A stretch of 31,849 nucleotides of DNA, taken from contig JBIOZG010000016.1 of assembly GCA_044870765.1 (NCBI GenBank), forward strand, positions 1-31,849, written 5' to 3'. The DNA is from Nitrososphaeraceae archaeon (GTDB taxonomy: Archaea > Thermoproteota > Nitrososphaeria > Nitrososphaerales > Nitrososphaeraceae). The stretch's first letter is position 1; every line of letters starts with the position of its first letter. Positions 10,207-19,140 of the stretch are shown here, piece by piece. The position numbers were made by a program, and so were the translations under genes. The notes beneath the pieces are model-generated. The model had not been told where the DNA came from. It made no database searches and saw only the letters and a list, made by a program, of their open reading frames with translations.

Positions 10207-10233
10207 TTTTTCAGATTAGTCAGAGTTAGAAAT
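10207..10233 (+). repeat. Copy 2 of a 27-bp dispersed direct repeat
   Basis: tttttcagattagtcagagttagaaat, 24/27 identical to 5193-5219. Confidence 0.6.
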
Positions 10234-10517
10234 TTCTAATTTCCTTATATAGAGAGATCTTTACTTACAAGAATTTAAAGATTTAATGTATATGATGGAC
10301 TTGAATAAAAGCCAACTCAAGTAATCAGAATCAAGATGCAAGGTCAAGTACGTTGATACTTATCACAGTATCAGAGTAACATAGGATATAATGCCATTGG
10401 TAAATTGCTCTTAAAGTTACAGATTTTGATTTAGAAAAAAAAAGCTTATCAGTTACCTCTCCCATCGCTATTTGATGAGTAAATTTGGTAAAATCCAGTA
10501 AAAGGAAAGTCAAAGAC

Positions 10518-10928
10518 ATGAAATTGTCACATTCTAAAGCTCATTCTCATTCTCATTCTTCCGGCCATTCTCACAATTCACATTCACACAATCACAGTAA
10601 TAAAAAGGACATTCTGGCTGATTCTTATAAAAAATTAAAGGCAGGCAGAGCAATAGTTGTAGGTCACTCACAACACGATATGGGTTCACACGATTCTATT
10701 CGCGAAGCAGAATACAAAGGGCATAAAATAACTATTCGCACCCATTATGATATTAGAGTGGATAACAGACCTCTTGGAGGACACGTATATGTAGGCAATG
10801 ATGGAAACGTATCTACACATGCAATGCCGGCTTACTCTTTTTCTTCAACTGTTGAACTAGTCAAGCAACTTATTGATTCTTTTCCAAGCCAATTCAGAAA
10901 GCGGGCCAGGAGAAGTAAAAGGAGGTAA
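10518..10928 (+). CDS. melC1: MelC1-like tyrosinase caddie / copper chaperone with His/Ser-rich N-terminus
   Basis: EAEYKGHKI...IRVD...HVYVGNDG...S..Y...S..E..KQLID resembles the Streptomyces caddie core (E.YKGR.I...VFVDG..LHVM.NADG..IS). It lies directly upstream of a tyrosinase. N-terminal tract HSKAHSHSHSSGHSHNSHSHNH; likely start ATG 10518. Confidence 0.7.
   Translation: MKLSHSKAHSHSHSSGHSHNSHSHNHSNKKDILADSYKKLKAGRAIVVGHSQHDMGSHDSIREAEYKGHKITIRTHYDIRVDNRPLGGHVYVGNDGNVSTHAMPAYSFSSTVELVKQLIDSFPSQFRKRARRSKRR
10919..10926 (+). promoter_or_regulatory. Shine-Dalgarno site for the tyrosinase gene
   Basis: AAGGAGGT ends 7 nt before the TTG start at 10934 and overlaps the caddie stop codon. Confidence 0.75.
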
Positions 10929-10933
10929 TTGAT

Positions 10934-11902
10934 TTGGCAGTTGTTAGACGAAATATACTAAGCAACTCTACTGTAAGAGACCAATACATCGAAGGAGTCA
11001 AGCTATTAAAGAATGATTTTCTGCGTCCTGACTGGCCAAATACTTACGACATTTTTGTTATATGGCATTTTCATTCTATGATGACCCAAACTCCGCCTAA
11101 TTCTGGCAGTGGTAGAAATGCAGCACACCGTGGTCCAGTATTCCTTCCATGGCACAGGTGGCTGCTAATTTTGCTTGAATACCATCTTCAACGCGTTTTG
11201 AATGATTCTAATTTCGGACTTCCTTACTGGAATTGGGCAGCAGATGGTGAGCTAACTCCATTCCAACAAAAAAAAGCTGCAATTTGGGCGAATAACTGTA
11301 TGGGTGGAAATGGTTCACCCGTTACAACAGGTCCATTTAGGGCAGGTCAATGGCAAATAAACATAGAACAGGGATTTGCTCCAGGTTCCATGGACCCGAC
11401 ATTGGTCTCAGTGCAAAGGCCATTACGACGAGCCCTAGGATCTGGTTTCCCTGCTAGGTTACCAACAAGGACAGAGGTACGAAACGCAGTTCGCAGGGGC
11501 GCCCCAAATGTAATATATGATTCGCCTCCATGGGACGTTAATTCTGCAGGGTTTCGAAATGAGCTAGAAGGATGGCCAGACGGACCCAGGAATCATAATC
11601 GAGTGCATGTATGGGTAGGTGGAGATATGGGACCTGCAACATCACCAAACGATCCAATCTTTTATCTGAATCATTGTAATGTTGACAGAATTTGGTCAGG
11701 ATGGCAACAGATTTTTCAAAATCCAAAATATGTTCCTAATTCTAGTGCTTCGGCAGCATTAAGACGACATCGTCTAAACGATCTTCTTTTCCCAATAACA
11801 GAAAGCGTAGCATTCGATCCTATTTATCAAGGTAGGGTTAGACCTTCTAATCTGCTTGATATATCATCGAGGTATACATACGATACATTTACGGATCTCT
11901 AG
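10934..11902 (+). CDS. melC2: Tyrosinase (type-3 dicopper oxidase), MelC2-like
   Basis: N-terminal VRRN. CuA: IWH, AAHRGPVFLPWHR, then LPYWNW. CuB: HNRVHVWVGGDM...SPNDPIFYLNHCNVDRIW..WQ. C-terminal YTYD. Confidence 0.93.
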   Translation: MAVVRRNILSNSTVRDQYIEGVKLLKNDFLRPDWPNTYDIFVIWHFHSMMTQTPPNSGSGRNAAHRGPVFLPWHRWLLILLEYHLQRVLNDSNFGLPYWNWAADGELTPFQQKKAAIWANNCMGGNGSPVTTGPFRAGQWQINIEQGFAPGSMDPTLVSVQRPLRRALGSGFPARLPTRTEVRNAVRRGAPNVIYDSPPWDVNSAGFRNELEGWPDGPRNHNRVHVWVGGDMGPATSPNDPIFYLNHCNVDRIWSGWQQIFQNPKYVPNSSASAALRRHRLNDLLFPITESVAFDPIYQGRVRPSNLLDISSRYTYDTFTDL

Positions 11903-12304
11903 TAACCTTATTTCAATCTGATGCTAACCGATAGAATCACTATTAATCGACAGGCAACATTTAATATATATTATAAATATCACGTGTCGTAAATAGTAAA
12001 TTCTGATGCATACTACTCAACAAATGGATTTAGTTTATCATGAATCATGAGTATTCTTGCATATTGCCTCGTTCAAAGTCCTATAGACATAAACAGAAAT
12101 ATATATCGTTAAGGTCATTACAAAGTAATAATGTGTGTTGAAATTAATGCATTAATAGTTTCGTGGTAAATGTTTAATATAAACTCTTACGGACGTTCCA
12201 ATAATGTTACCAACTAAGATATATCAAGTATGTTTTCTCATTATTTAAAATGACTTGCTTATCAGAGCCAGGAAATGGATCTTATAATACGTTTCCATCT
12301 AATA

Positions 12305-12320
12305 TTTTCGGCGCCGAAAA
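12305..12320. repeat. 16-bp perfect palindrome TTTTCGGCGCCGAAAA (copy 1)
   Basis: Read directly. Intergenic, between convergent genes; the same core occurs at 23000-23015. Confidence 0.85.
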
Positions 12321-12436
12321 ATTTGCAAAATAGTTTAGAAGTTCTTTCCTAATGAGTATTTGCTGATTTGTATCAATGTTAAATGTCCACATATCAGCTC
12401 TGATAAGACACAGACGCTAACCTTCTCTTTTTATTT

Positions 12437-12817
12437 TTATTTTTTCTCTTCATTACAGATTAAACATCTATCAGATTTACCCATATACCAGTGACCGAAC
12501 TTAACGCAGAAAGTACCATCTTTGAATATTATTCCCTTCTCGTTGTTCTTCCAAACATTATTGACTTTAATAGCCAATACGACAGCCCACATGCTCATAT
12601 CAATTCCATCTGCTATTGCAAAAATCCATTGAGCTGTTCTGGCTGCATAATAGACGTAAGCCGCTAATCCTGCAACAGCGAATATTGTAAGAAGTAGGCT
12701 GATATCTCTTGTTTTCCTTGTTCGCAATGTCAATATCACTTGAGGGAATGTAGAGCAAAGAACAAAGATTCCTCCTAGTGTTACTGCCAGTGTTATATCT
12801 GCTGGAATTAAATCCAT
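12437..12817 (-). CDS. SemiSWEET / PQ-loop family small transporter with C-terminal Cys/His motif
   Basis: STFPQVILTLRTRKTRDIS PQ-loop motif, three TM segments, tail CVKFGH...RCLIC. Confidence 0.8.
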   Translation of the reverse strand: MDLIPADITLAVTLGGIFVLCSTFPQVILTLRTRKTRDISLLLTIFAVAGLAAYVYYAARTAQWIFAIADGIDMSMWAVVLAIKVNNVWKNNEKGIIFKDGTFCVKFGHWYMGKSDRCLICNEEKK

Positions 12818-12950
12818 TTCATTCCGCGTTATCCGTATTCACTAATATTTTATGAATGTATATTATTGCACATTTCAAGCAATACGTCATTTTGCCAAGT
12901 TGAACTTCATGATAATCTGGTTGAATCTGTCCGCATATACGACATGTCAA

Positions 12951-13457
12951 TTATACGATAGCTTCTCCTTTATATGACCCCTTATCTTTTAGTCTCTCTA
13001 GTCTTTTCAGAACGAATTTAGCAGTATCACTTACTGCTTTGCTATCGACATATGTCAATCCTTCTAGCACTTTTTTCACATCAGAATCTTGAACTCGCAT
13101 CATGCCAAGAGCTTCTATAGCCTCATGTCTTGCAACGTCTGACTTGTCATGCACAGCACAATCAACCAAATTTGGAATCTTGTCACGCATGTTCCTCAAG
13201 CCAATCTGAAACGCCGCTTCATGTTTCACAATTCCGTTTTCTTCATTGTCTAAAACCCATACCATCAAGTCTTCTATTTCTGGTCGTAGTGAGTCATTTT
13301 TCTTATCATCAAGTATTTCACCTGATAACCATACAGCGTCCCACCTTCTTGACTCATCATTCTTTTCAGTCTTGATAATTTTTATGAGCTTGTTCAGTCG
13401 TGCTCTAGGTTTTAGTTTCCTAAAGTCGTATTCATCTAAGATAACGTTAGTACTCAT
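12951..13457 (-). CDS. HEAT-repeat protein with two His-Glu motifs, deoxyhypusine hydroxylase-like half protein
   Basis: IVKHEAAFQIG and VARHEAIEALG repeats; 168 aa. Confidence 0.7.
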   Translation of the reverse strand: MSTNVILDEYDFRKLKPRARLNKLIKIIKTEKNDESRRWDAVWLSGEILDDKKNDSLRPEIEDLMVWVLDNEENGIVKHEAAFQIGLRNMRDKIPNLVDCAVHDKSDVARHEAIEALGMMRVQDSDVKKVLEGLTYVDSKAVSDTAKFVLKRLERLKDKGSYKGEAIV

Positions 13458-13540
13458 TAAAGATTACAAGTTTTTGTCCTTTTTAATATTTTAGTATGTA
13501 TATAATAATCCTAGCACAAGATTATTTCTAAATAATAAAA

Positions 13541-14422
13541 TCAAGAATATTTTACTAAAATACGTGAGTATTTTTTGTATTTTCTCCTTTCCTTTATTAG
13601 GAGATCTATCTGCTCATGTAATCTATGTTTGTGTTGCATCAAGACCTCATAAATAATCCATTTGTCTTCTACGGTTTCTATTATAGCTGCCAATTTTTTT
13701 ATTAATAATTTTATAGAAATTATTATCTTGTCAAATATCTTGCATATATTATCATAGTCAGTCCTGTCGTTGAATTGGTATAAAAGATCTTCATCCAAAT
13801 TTTTGTTTGCTAAGCTTTTTACTAATTTACGTACCGTTCTTGAAGATAATTGTCGTTCTTTTACGATTTCTATTAAAATTGACTGTGTACGTTTATTTGC
13901 AATTGGTAGCAACTCTTCTCCGATAGAGACACTAAGTTCAGATTTAGAAAGTAAATCTATCATTTCTTTTGGCAACTCAGTTAATTTTATTCGTTTGCAT
14001 ATGTAGGAAGTACTTTTTGACAATTTTTCTGCAAGCTCTGAAACCCCTCCCCAACCAAATTCTCGAACATATTTTCTATATGCTAGACCCTCTTCTATCG
14101 GATTTAGGGTATTTCTCTGTACATTCTCTACAATTGAAGCCTCAAAAGCCTGTTTATCATCTAGCTTTACTAAATGACAAGTGATTTTTCTCCAACCTAA
14201 CATCTTACAAGCATTTAGTCTTCTGTTTCCAGCAACAACTTCATGTTTATTTGAACTGTTACTCCTAACTACAATTGGTTGCAACAAACCGATTTTACTT
14301 ATTGATTCAGCTAGTTCGTCAAGATTATTCAGAGCAGCGCGTAGCTGATTGGTTGATGTAGTAATATCTATAATGTCAAGTTCTTCTAAAGATAGATTCA
14401 GCTCGTTTTCATATTTATACAA
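13541..14422 (-). CDS. parB: ParB/Spo0J family protein (ParB-N domain plus HTH)
   Basis: LDELAESISKIGLLQPIVVR, VVAGNRRLNA, ENVQRNTLNPIEE, ELAEKLSKSTSYI. No adjacent parA in this window. Confidence 0.88.
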   Translation of the reverse strand: MYKYENELNLSLEELDIIDITTSTNQLRAALNNLDELAESISKIGLLQPIVVRSNSSNKHEVVAGNRRLNACKMLGWRKITCHLVKLDDKQAFEASIVENVQRNTLNPIEEGLAYRKYVREFGWGGVSELAEKLSKSTSYICKRIKLTELPKEMIDLLSKSELSVSIGEELLPIANKRTQSILIEIVKERQLSSRTVRKLVKSLANKNLDEDLLYQFNDRTDYDNICKIFDKIIISIKLLIKKLAAIIETVEDKWIIYEVLMQHKHRLHEQIDLLIKERRKYKKYSRILVKYS

Positions 14423-14855
14423 TCTTAGTAAATCTCCTTTTTGACCTGTGATAAGACAAACGTAATTGAAATATTCAATTGATCCTCATAATTATAACTT
14501 AGAATTTTTTTATCTAATGAAATATAGTCCAGATGGTGCTCAGCATCAGAAAATTTTCTAAAATTGATGTACAATTCATTGTTAAAACACATTTGTATAT
14601 ATAGTATTTTTGTCCATTTTTAAATAATGCTTATTCTCCAAATACTGATCACAGGATAAGTTCCTTTTTTTCTACATTTATCTTGGATATCTCTTATTGC
14701 CAAGTTCAACCACCAGGAGGCTATATTGAGATATTTTCATACCGAGAAAATATTCCCGTCAGTGCCTTTTTCTTCGTTTTAGCTATCTTCAGCTCGAGTT
14801 TTGTTGTTCAAGATCTTTTCTTGTTTGGATATTATAATATTACTGGGAATTATCC

Positions 14856-14872
14856 AAAAAGGTTATTTATAT
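14856..14872 (+). promoter_or_regulatory. Putative archaeal BRE/TATA upstream of the SLATT gene
   Basis: AAAAAGG followed by TTATTTATAT, about 20-28 bp before ATG 14891, supporting that start. Confidence 0.45.
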
Positions 14873-14890
14873 GATCCAGTTTTTTCATTA

Positions 14891-15931
14891 ATGGAGATGG
14901 GCATCTCGCCATCAAATGATAATAGTAAAGATCAAGATAAAGTCATTCTTAAACAAGCCTGGAGACTATTTAGCCAATATGATCTTAATGCTGGTCTGCA
15001 ACAATCATTATATAGAAAAATGCAATTTTATATTCTCTTGTTAGGTGTAATAGTTACAATCCTTGTATTGTCAGAAAGCTATTTCGATAAGAATATTTGG
15101 TTTGTTCCGTGGTTAAAAAATTTGATAATAATAATCCCTATAGCAATATCAACACTTGTTGCAATTTCAACATTTTTTAGATTTGGTAACAAATGGGTTA
15201 ATCTAAGAACTGCAGCAGAAACTTTAAAAAGTGAGATATATCAATTCCGAACGACAGTAGGAAAATACAGTCCAAAGTCGGTTTCTGATAATCAACCAAT
15301 TACGAAACCTGAAGATGTTTTGTTCAATCAAATACAAACAATTTCAAATCAGTTGATGGGAACAGAGGTGGCTCTTAGTTCACTAAGAAAATATGAGGGA
15401 CAAATCCCACCAAAGATGTTTGGGGCAGATAAGTCTCAGGATGATGGGTACAGTACTCTTACATCCGACAATTACGTCAATGCTCGATTAGAACCACAGA
15501 TAAGTTTCTATCAAAAAAGAACTAAAAAAATGTATAGAAATCTTATGGTTCTACAAATACTCATTCTCATAGGAGGAGGGGTGGGAACATTTATTGCGGC
15601 CATAGGTTTAGAATTGTGGGTAGCCCTAACTGCCACATTTGTATCCGTTTTTACAATCTACCTTCAATACAATCAGATTGAAAATACTTTGATAAAATAT
15701 AACCAATCGTTAAATGGTCTAAACAACATACAAGTATGGTGGGCGTCATTAACGGATAACGAAAGAAATGATATTAAAAATAGGGATAAACTAGTAAACG
15801 CGACCGAACAAATCCTTCTGATGGAACACCAGGTTTGGGTCCAGAATATGAAACAGGCTGTATCAAAGATTCACAAAATAGAAGAAGAAAAAACTAGTCA
15901 CAAAATAGAAGAAAAAACTAGTACTAAGTAG
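14891..15931 (+). CDS. Tandem SLATT-domain (DUF4231-like) membrane protein, candidate pore effector
   Basis: Two units of two TM helices plus a helical tail. Unit 1: KW.NLR.AAE.LK.EIY.FRT..G.Y. Unit 2: YV.ARL..QI.FY...LELWVAL...YNQ...L.NI..WW...LV..TE.IL..E...W. Start ATG 14891 or 14897 rather than TTG 14801. Confidence 0.8.
   Translation: MEMGISPSNDNSKDQDKVILKQAWRLFSQYDLNAGLQQSLYRKMQFYILLLGVIVTILVLSESYFDKNIWFVPWLKNLIIIIPIAISTLVAISTFFRFGNKWVNLRTAAETLKSEIYQFRTTVGKYSPKSVSDNQPITKPEDVLFNQIQTISNQLMGTEVALSSLRKYEGQIPPKMFGADKSQDDGYSTLTSDNYVNARLEPQISFYQKRTKKMYRNLMVLQILILIGGGVGTFIAAIGLELWVALTATFVSVFTIYLQYNQIENTLIKYNQSLNGLNNIQVWWASLTDNERNDIKNRDKLVNATEQILLMEHQVWVQNMKQAVSKIHKIEEEKTSHKIEEKTSTK
15871..15921 (+). 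repeat. Short tandem duplication in the 3' end of the SLATT gene (HKIEEEKTS/HKIEEKTS)
   Basis: tcacaaaatagaagaagaaaaaactag followed by tcacaaaatagaagaaaaaactag. Confidence 0.8.
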
Positions 15932-16112
15932 TTATTATCAATGATATTGACATCATATGTCGAACTTAATTGTTATTGTTTAGTGGCCAAGAAGGAATAA
16001 TCAACGCAAGGGATTGAGTCCATTAAGAATACTTGAGATACTTCAGAAGAATCTAGGTATAAATCTTCATTGGAACAGTTCCAGTCGGAGCTCTAGTAAA
16101 AAGAAGAACTGA

Positions 16113-16120
16113 TTTAATAA
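16113..16120 (+). promoter_or_regulatory. Putative TATA box of the DUF4071-type gene
   Basis: TTTAATAA 23-30 bp upstream of GTG 16143, preceded by a purine-rich tract. Confidence 0.45.
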
Positions 16121-16142
16121 GTACAATTAGCCTTGTATAGCA

Positions 16143-17489
16143 GTGAAACCTTTTTGTTTTGTAGCGATGCCATTTGGCAAGAAAGCTGCCATTGGAAATG
16201 TTACTGTAAATTTTGATTCGGTGTATGAATCCGTAATCTTACCTTCAGTGCTGAATGCTGGATTACAGCCTATACGAGCAGATGAGGAAAAAGTCGGAGG
16301 AATTATACATAAACCTATGTTCGAGCGTCTCATACTATGTGAGTATGCTATAGCAGATCTATCTACTGCTAATGCTAACGTATTCTATGAATTAGGAATA
16401 AGGCATGCAGTCCGTCCCTGGAGTACCATTCTTGTTTTTGCAGATGGATTGATGCAGAATCCATTTGATCTTGCTCCAATGCGAGCCATTCCGTATAAAC
16501 TGATGGGCAATGGGGAGCCAGAGAAAAATGACGTTGCTAAAAGTCTGTTAGTAGATCGTCTATTGGAGGCTCAGCGGATGAAAGCGAAGGACAGCCCAGT
16601 TTTCCAACTGGTTGAAGGTTTTCCAGATATACAACACATAAAGACTGACGTATTTCGCGATCGAGTTAGATACTCAGAAGAGTACAAAGAGAAATTACAA
16701 CAGGTACGAAAACAAGGATTCGAAGCATTTAGAAAGTTTGTTACTGATGAAGAGATTAAGAATCTGGAAGCTGGTGTCATAATAGATATCTTTCTTTCAT
16801 ATCGGGAACTGGCGAAAACAAGGGACGATTGGATACAAATGGTGGAATTTGTTAATAAAATGCCACCAGAGCTTGCCGTCACAGTAATGGTTCAAGAACA
16901 ACTAGGGCTAGCGCTCAATAGAGCTGGAAAAGGCGATGAAGCCGAAAGAGTGCTTGTCAGTCTCATAGATAAGCGTGGGCCGAGTAGTGAAACATATGGT
17001 ATTTTGGGACGAGTGTATAAAGATAGGTGGGAATCAGCATTAAAAAGCGGTAACAATTTCCGTGCAGAAGGCTACCTCGACAAAGCAATAGAGGCATATT
17101 TGAAAGGCTTCGAAGCTGATTGGCGAGATGCCTATCCTGGAATAAATTTGGTTACTCTAATGGAGATAAAGAATCCGCCTGATTCCAGAAGGCTTGAATT
17201 GATACCTGTAGTTAGGTACGCCTTTGAGCGCAAGATAGCATCCGGAAAGGCAGACTATTGGGACTATGGAACGAAGCTAGAGTTATCCATTATTTTAAAA
17301 GATGAAACAAATGGGCTGAAGGCTCTATCTGAAGCGCTTGCGTCTGCTAGAGCTTCGTGGGAACTAGAGACAACAGCTCGTAACTTGCGCTTGATAAGGG
17401 AAGCGCGTGAGAAACGGGGCGAAAATATTGAGTGGGCATATAAGGCTGAAGAAGAGTTACTTAAAGTGTCAAATGAGCTGAGACGATAG
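16143..17489 (+). CDS. DrHyd / nucleoside deoxyribosyltransferase-like domain plus TPR-like sensor domain (DUF4071 / MAP3K TRAF-binding type)
   Basis: CFVAMPFG, RADEE..GGIIHKPMFERL..CEYAIADLSTANANVFYELGIRHA; C-terminal LSYR, ALNR, SETYGILGRVYKD, Y.KGFEAD.RDAYPGIN, DYWD, WELETTARNL. Confidence 0.88.
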   Translation: MKPFCFVAMPFGKKAAIGNVTVNFDSVYESVILPSVLNAGLQPIRADEEKVGGIIHKPMFERLILCEYAIADLSTANANVFYELGIRHAVRPWSTILVFADGLMQNPFDLAPMRAIPYKLMGNGEPEKNDVAKSLLVDRLLEAQRMKAKDSPVFQLVEGFPDIQHIKTDVFRDRVRYSEEYKEKLQQVRKQGFEAFRKFVTDEEIKNLEAGVIIDIFLSYRELAKTRDDWIQMVEFVNKMPPELAVTVMVQEQLGLALNRAGKGDEAERVLVSLIDKRGPSSETYGILGRVYKDRWESALKSGNNFRAEGYLDKAIEAYLKGFEADWRDAYPGINLVTLMEIKNPPDSRRLELIPVVRYAFERKIASGKADYWDYGTKLELSIILKDETNGLKALSEALASARASWELETTARNLRLIREAREKRGENIEWAYKAEEELLKVSNELRR

Positions 17490-17636
17490 TGGAAGCCAAA
17501 ATCATTGACACCAACAGATAATTTAGTTCCTTTAATCTTAAAACACTTTAATCTTGGTGATTTACTGATATTAATCATAAATTTAATATAAAATTTTATA
17601 AGCTGTTCCGCGTTAAGTCAATCGAGAAAATATAAT

Positions 17637-19136
17637 TTGGATAAATCTTCTAAAATTGTTTTTATAAGTTATGCAAGAGAAGATGAGGAATCAGCAAAAA
17701 GACTTTATAAAGATCTGCAAAAACGTGGTTTAGAACCTTGGTTGGATAAGGAAGCTATTCTGCCAGGATACAATTGGAAATACTCTATCCACCAAGCCAT
17801 TAAAAAAAGTCGCTTTTTTATACCACTTATTTCTTCAACAACGCTCAAAAAAATAGGCTATATACAAGATGAGTTAAAATACGCGATAGAAGCATCTAAG
17901 CAATTTCCGGAAAAGGAAGTTTTTATGATTCCTGCTAGGCTGGATAATTGCGAAATGCCTTACGAAATATTAGAAGAAATTCAGTCTGTAGACTTATTTC
18001 CGGATTGGGGCAGTGGCATAAATCAAATATTCAAGACATTTAAAGAAAAAGGTATTGCTTTTGAAGAAGTTCTGCATGATGAAGACCCGTCTCAAATAAA
18101 AAAAGAAGATGAATGGCAAAGCGGTCTATCTGAAGAAGACTGGATCAATTTATTGACTTCAATACACAACAAAACATGTATTCCTTTTATTGGATCGGGA
18201 ATATTTTCAATTAATCAACATGATGCTAAATCATTAAAATCTATATGTAAGGAAATTATCAAAAAATGGAAAGAAAAAGATCGATATCCTCTAGAGGATC
18301 TGTATACCTTGTCTAGGGCAGATATACTAGAAGAGCCCAACCAATTGGCAAGATTAGCACAATTTTTGGAAATAGAGAAATCATTTAACGACAAATTGGC
18401 TTATCCAAAGAGTATGCTAAAAGACATACTTAGTGACATAGGAGTTTCTTCCCTACTCAAAGACAAGTCACCATATGACATTTTAGCTAGACTTGATTTG
18501 CCATTATACATGACCACGAACTATGACAAGTTCATGGAATTGGCCTTATCCAAAGATCGTTCTAAATCACCACAAAGTGAATTTTGTAGATGGAGTGATG
18601 AATTGGACAAGTACGCAAGAACTACTGGGAAACCTTCTGTGTTTAATAAAAAGGGATATGAGCCTACACCGGATAATCCATTGATATACCATATTCTTGG
18701 AGATATTGAAGCTCCCAAATCGATGGTACTCACTGAAAAAGAGTATCTTCAATTTATGGTAGAATTAAATAAAAATCATGATATTATTATACCCAGCAAA
18801 ATACGAAATAAATTACAAAAATCATCTTTACTCTTTTTAGGATATAAATTAGAAGATATAAATTTTCGCGCAATATTTCAGGGTCTCTTGAATTTTCTTG
18901 CTATTTTGTCTGCCGAGGAAAGAAAAATAAGTATTGCTGTTCAAAGTCCACCTACCATTTCCAACAAAGATCAATTGAAAATGCAAAAATATATTGACCA
19001 GTATATCTCAAATGTATTTCAAATACGTGTTTCCTGGAAAAATCTATCGGAATTCCTAATTGAGTTGGATAAACGTTGGCAGGATTTTACGAGTAAAATT
19101 GATACTAAAACAAGTTCGCCATTAGAGGGTAGATGA
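17637..19136 (+). CDS. TIR domain - SIR2-like (SIR2_2) domain fusion protein
   Basis: TIR: VFISYARED, PWLD...LPG.NW...I..AI, GYIQDEL, IPARLDNC. SIR2-like: CIPFIGSG, LYMTTNYD, YHILG, SMVLTE.EY, SLLFLGY.LED.NFR. Confidence 0.9.
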   Translation: MDKSSKIVFISYAREDEESAKRLYKDLQKRGLEPWLDKEAILPGYNWKYSIHQAIKKSRFFIPLISSTTLKKIGYIQDELKYAIEASKQFPEKEVFMIPARLDNCEMPYEILEEIQSVDLFPDWGSGINQIFKTFKEKGIAFEEVLHDEDPSQIKKEDEWQSGLSEEDWINLLTSIHNKTCIPFIGSGIFSINQHDAKSLKSICKEIIKKWKEKDRYPLEDLYTLSRADILEEPNQLARLAQFLEIEKSFNDKLAYPKSMLKDILSDIGVSSLLKDKSPYDILARLDLPLYMTTNYDKFMELALSKDRSKSPQSEFCRWSDELDKYARTTGKPSVFNKKGYEPTPDNPLIYHILGDIEAPKSMVLTEKEYLQFMVELNKNHDIIIPSKIRNKLQKSSLLFLGYKLEDINFRAIFQGLLNFLAILSAEERKISIAVQSPPTISNKDQLKMQKYIDQYISNVFQIRVSWKNLSEFLIELDKRWQDFTSKIDTKTSSPLEGR

Positions 19137-19140
19137 CATT

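Noticed and set aside
14683-14890. 63-aa ORF and the TTG-started extension of the SLATT gene, considered as a SLOG remnant
   Set aside because: No SLOG motifs recognised in the frames I read; promoter-like sequence lies just before 14891.
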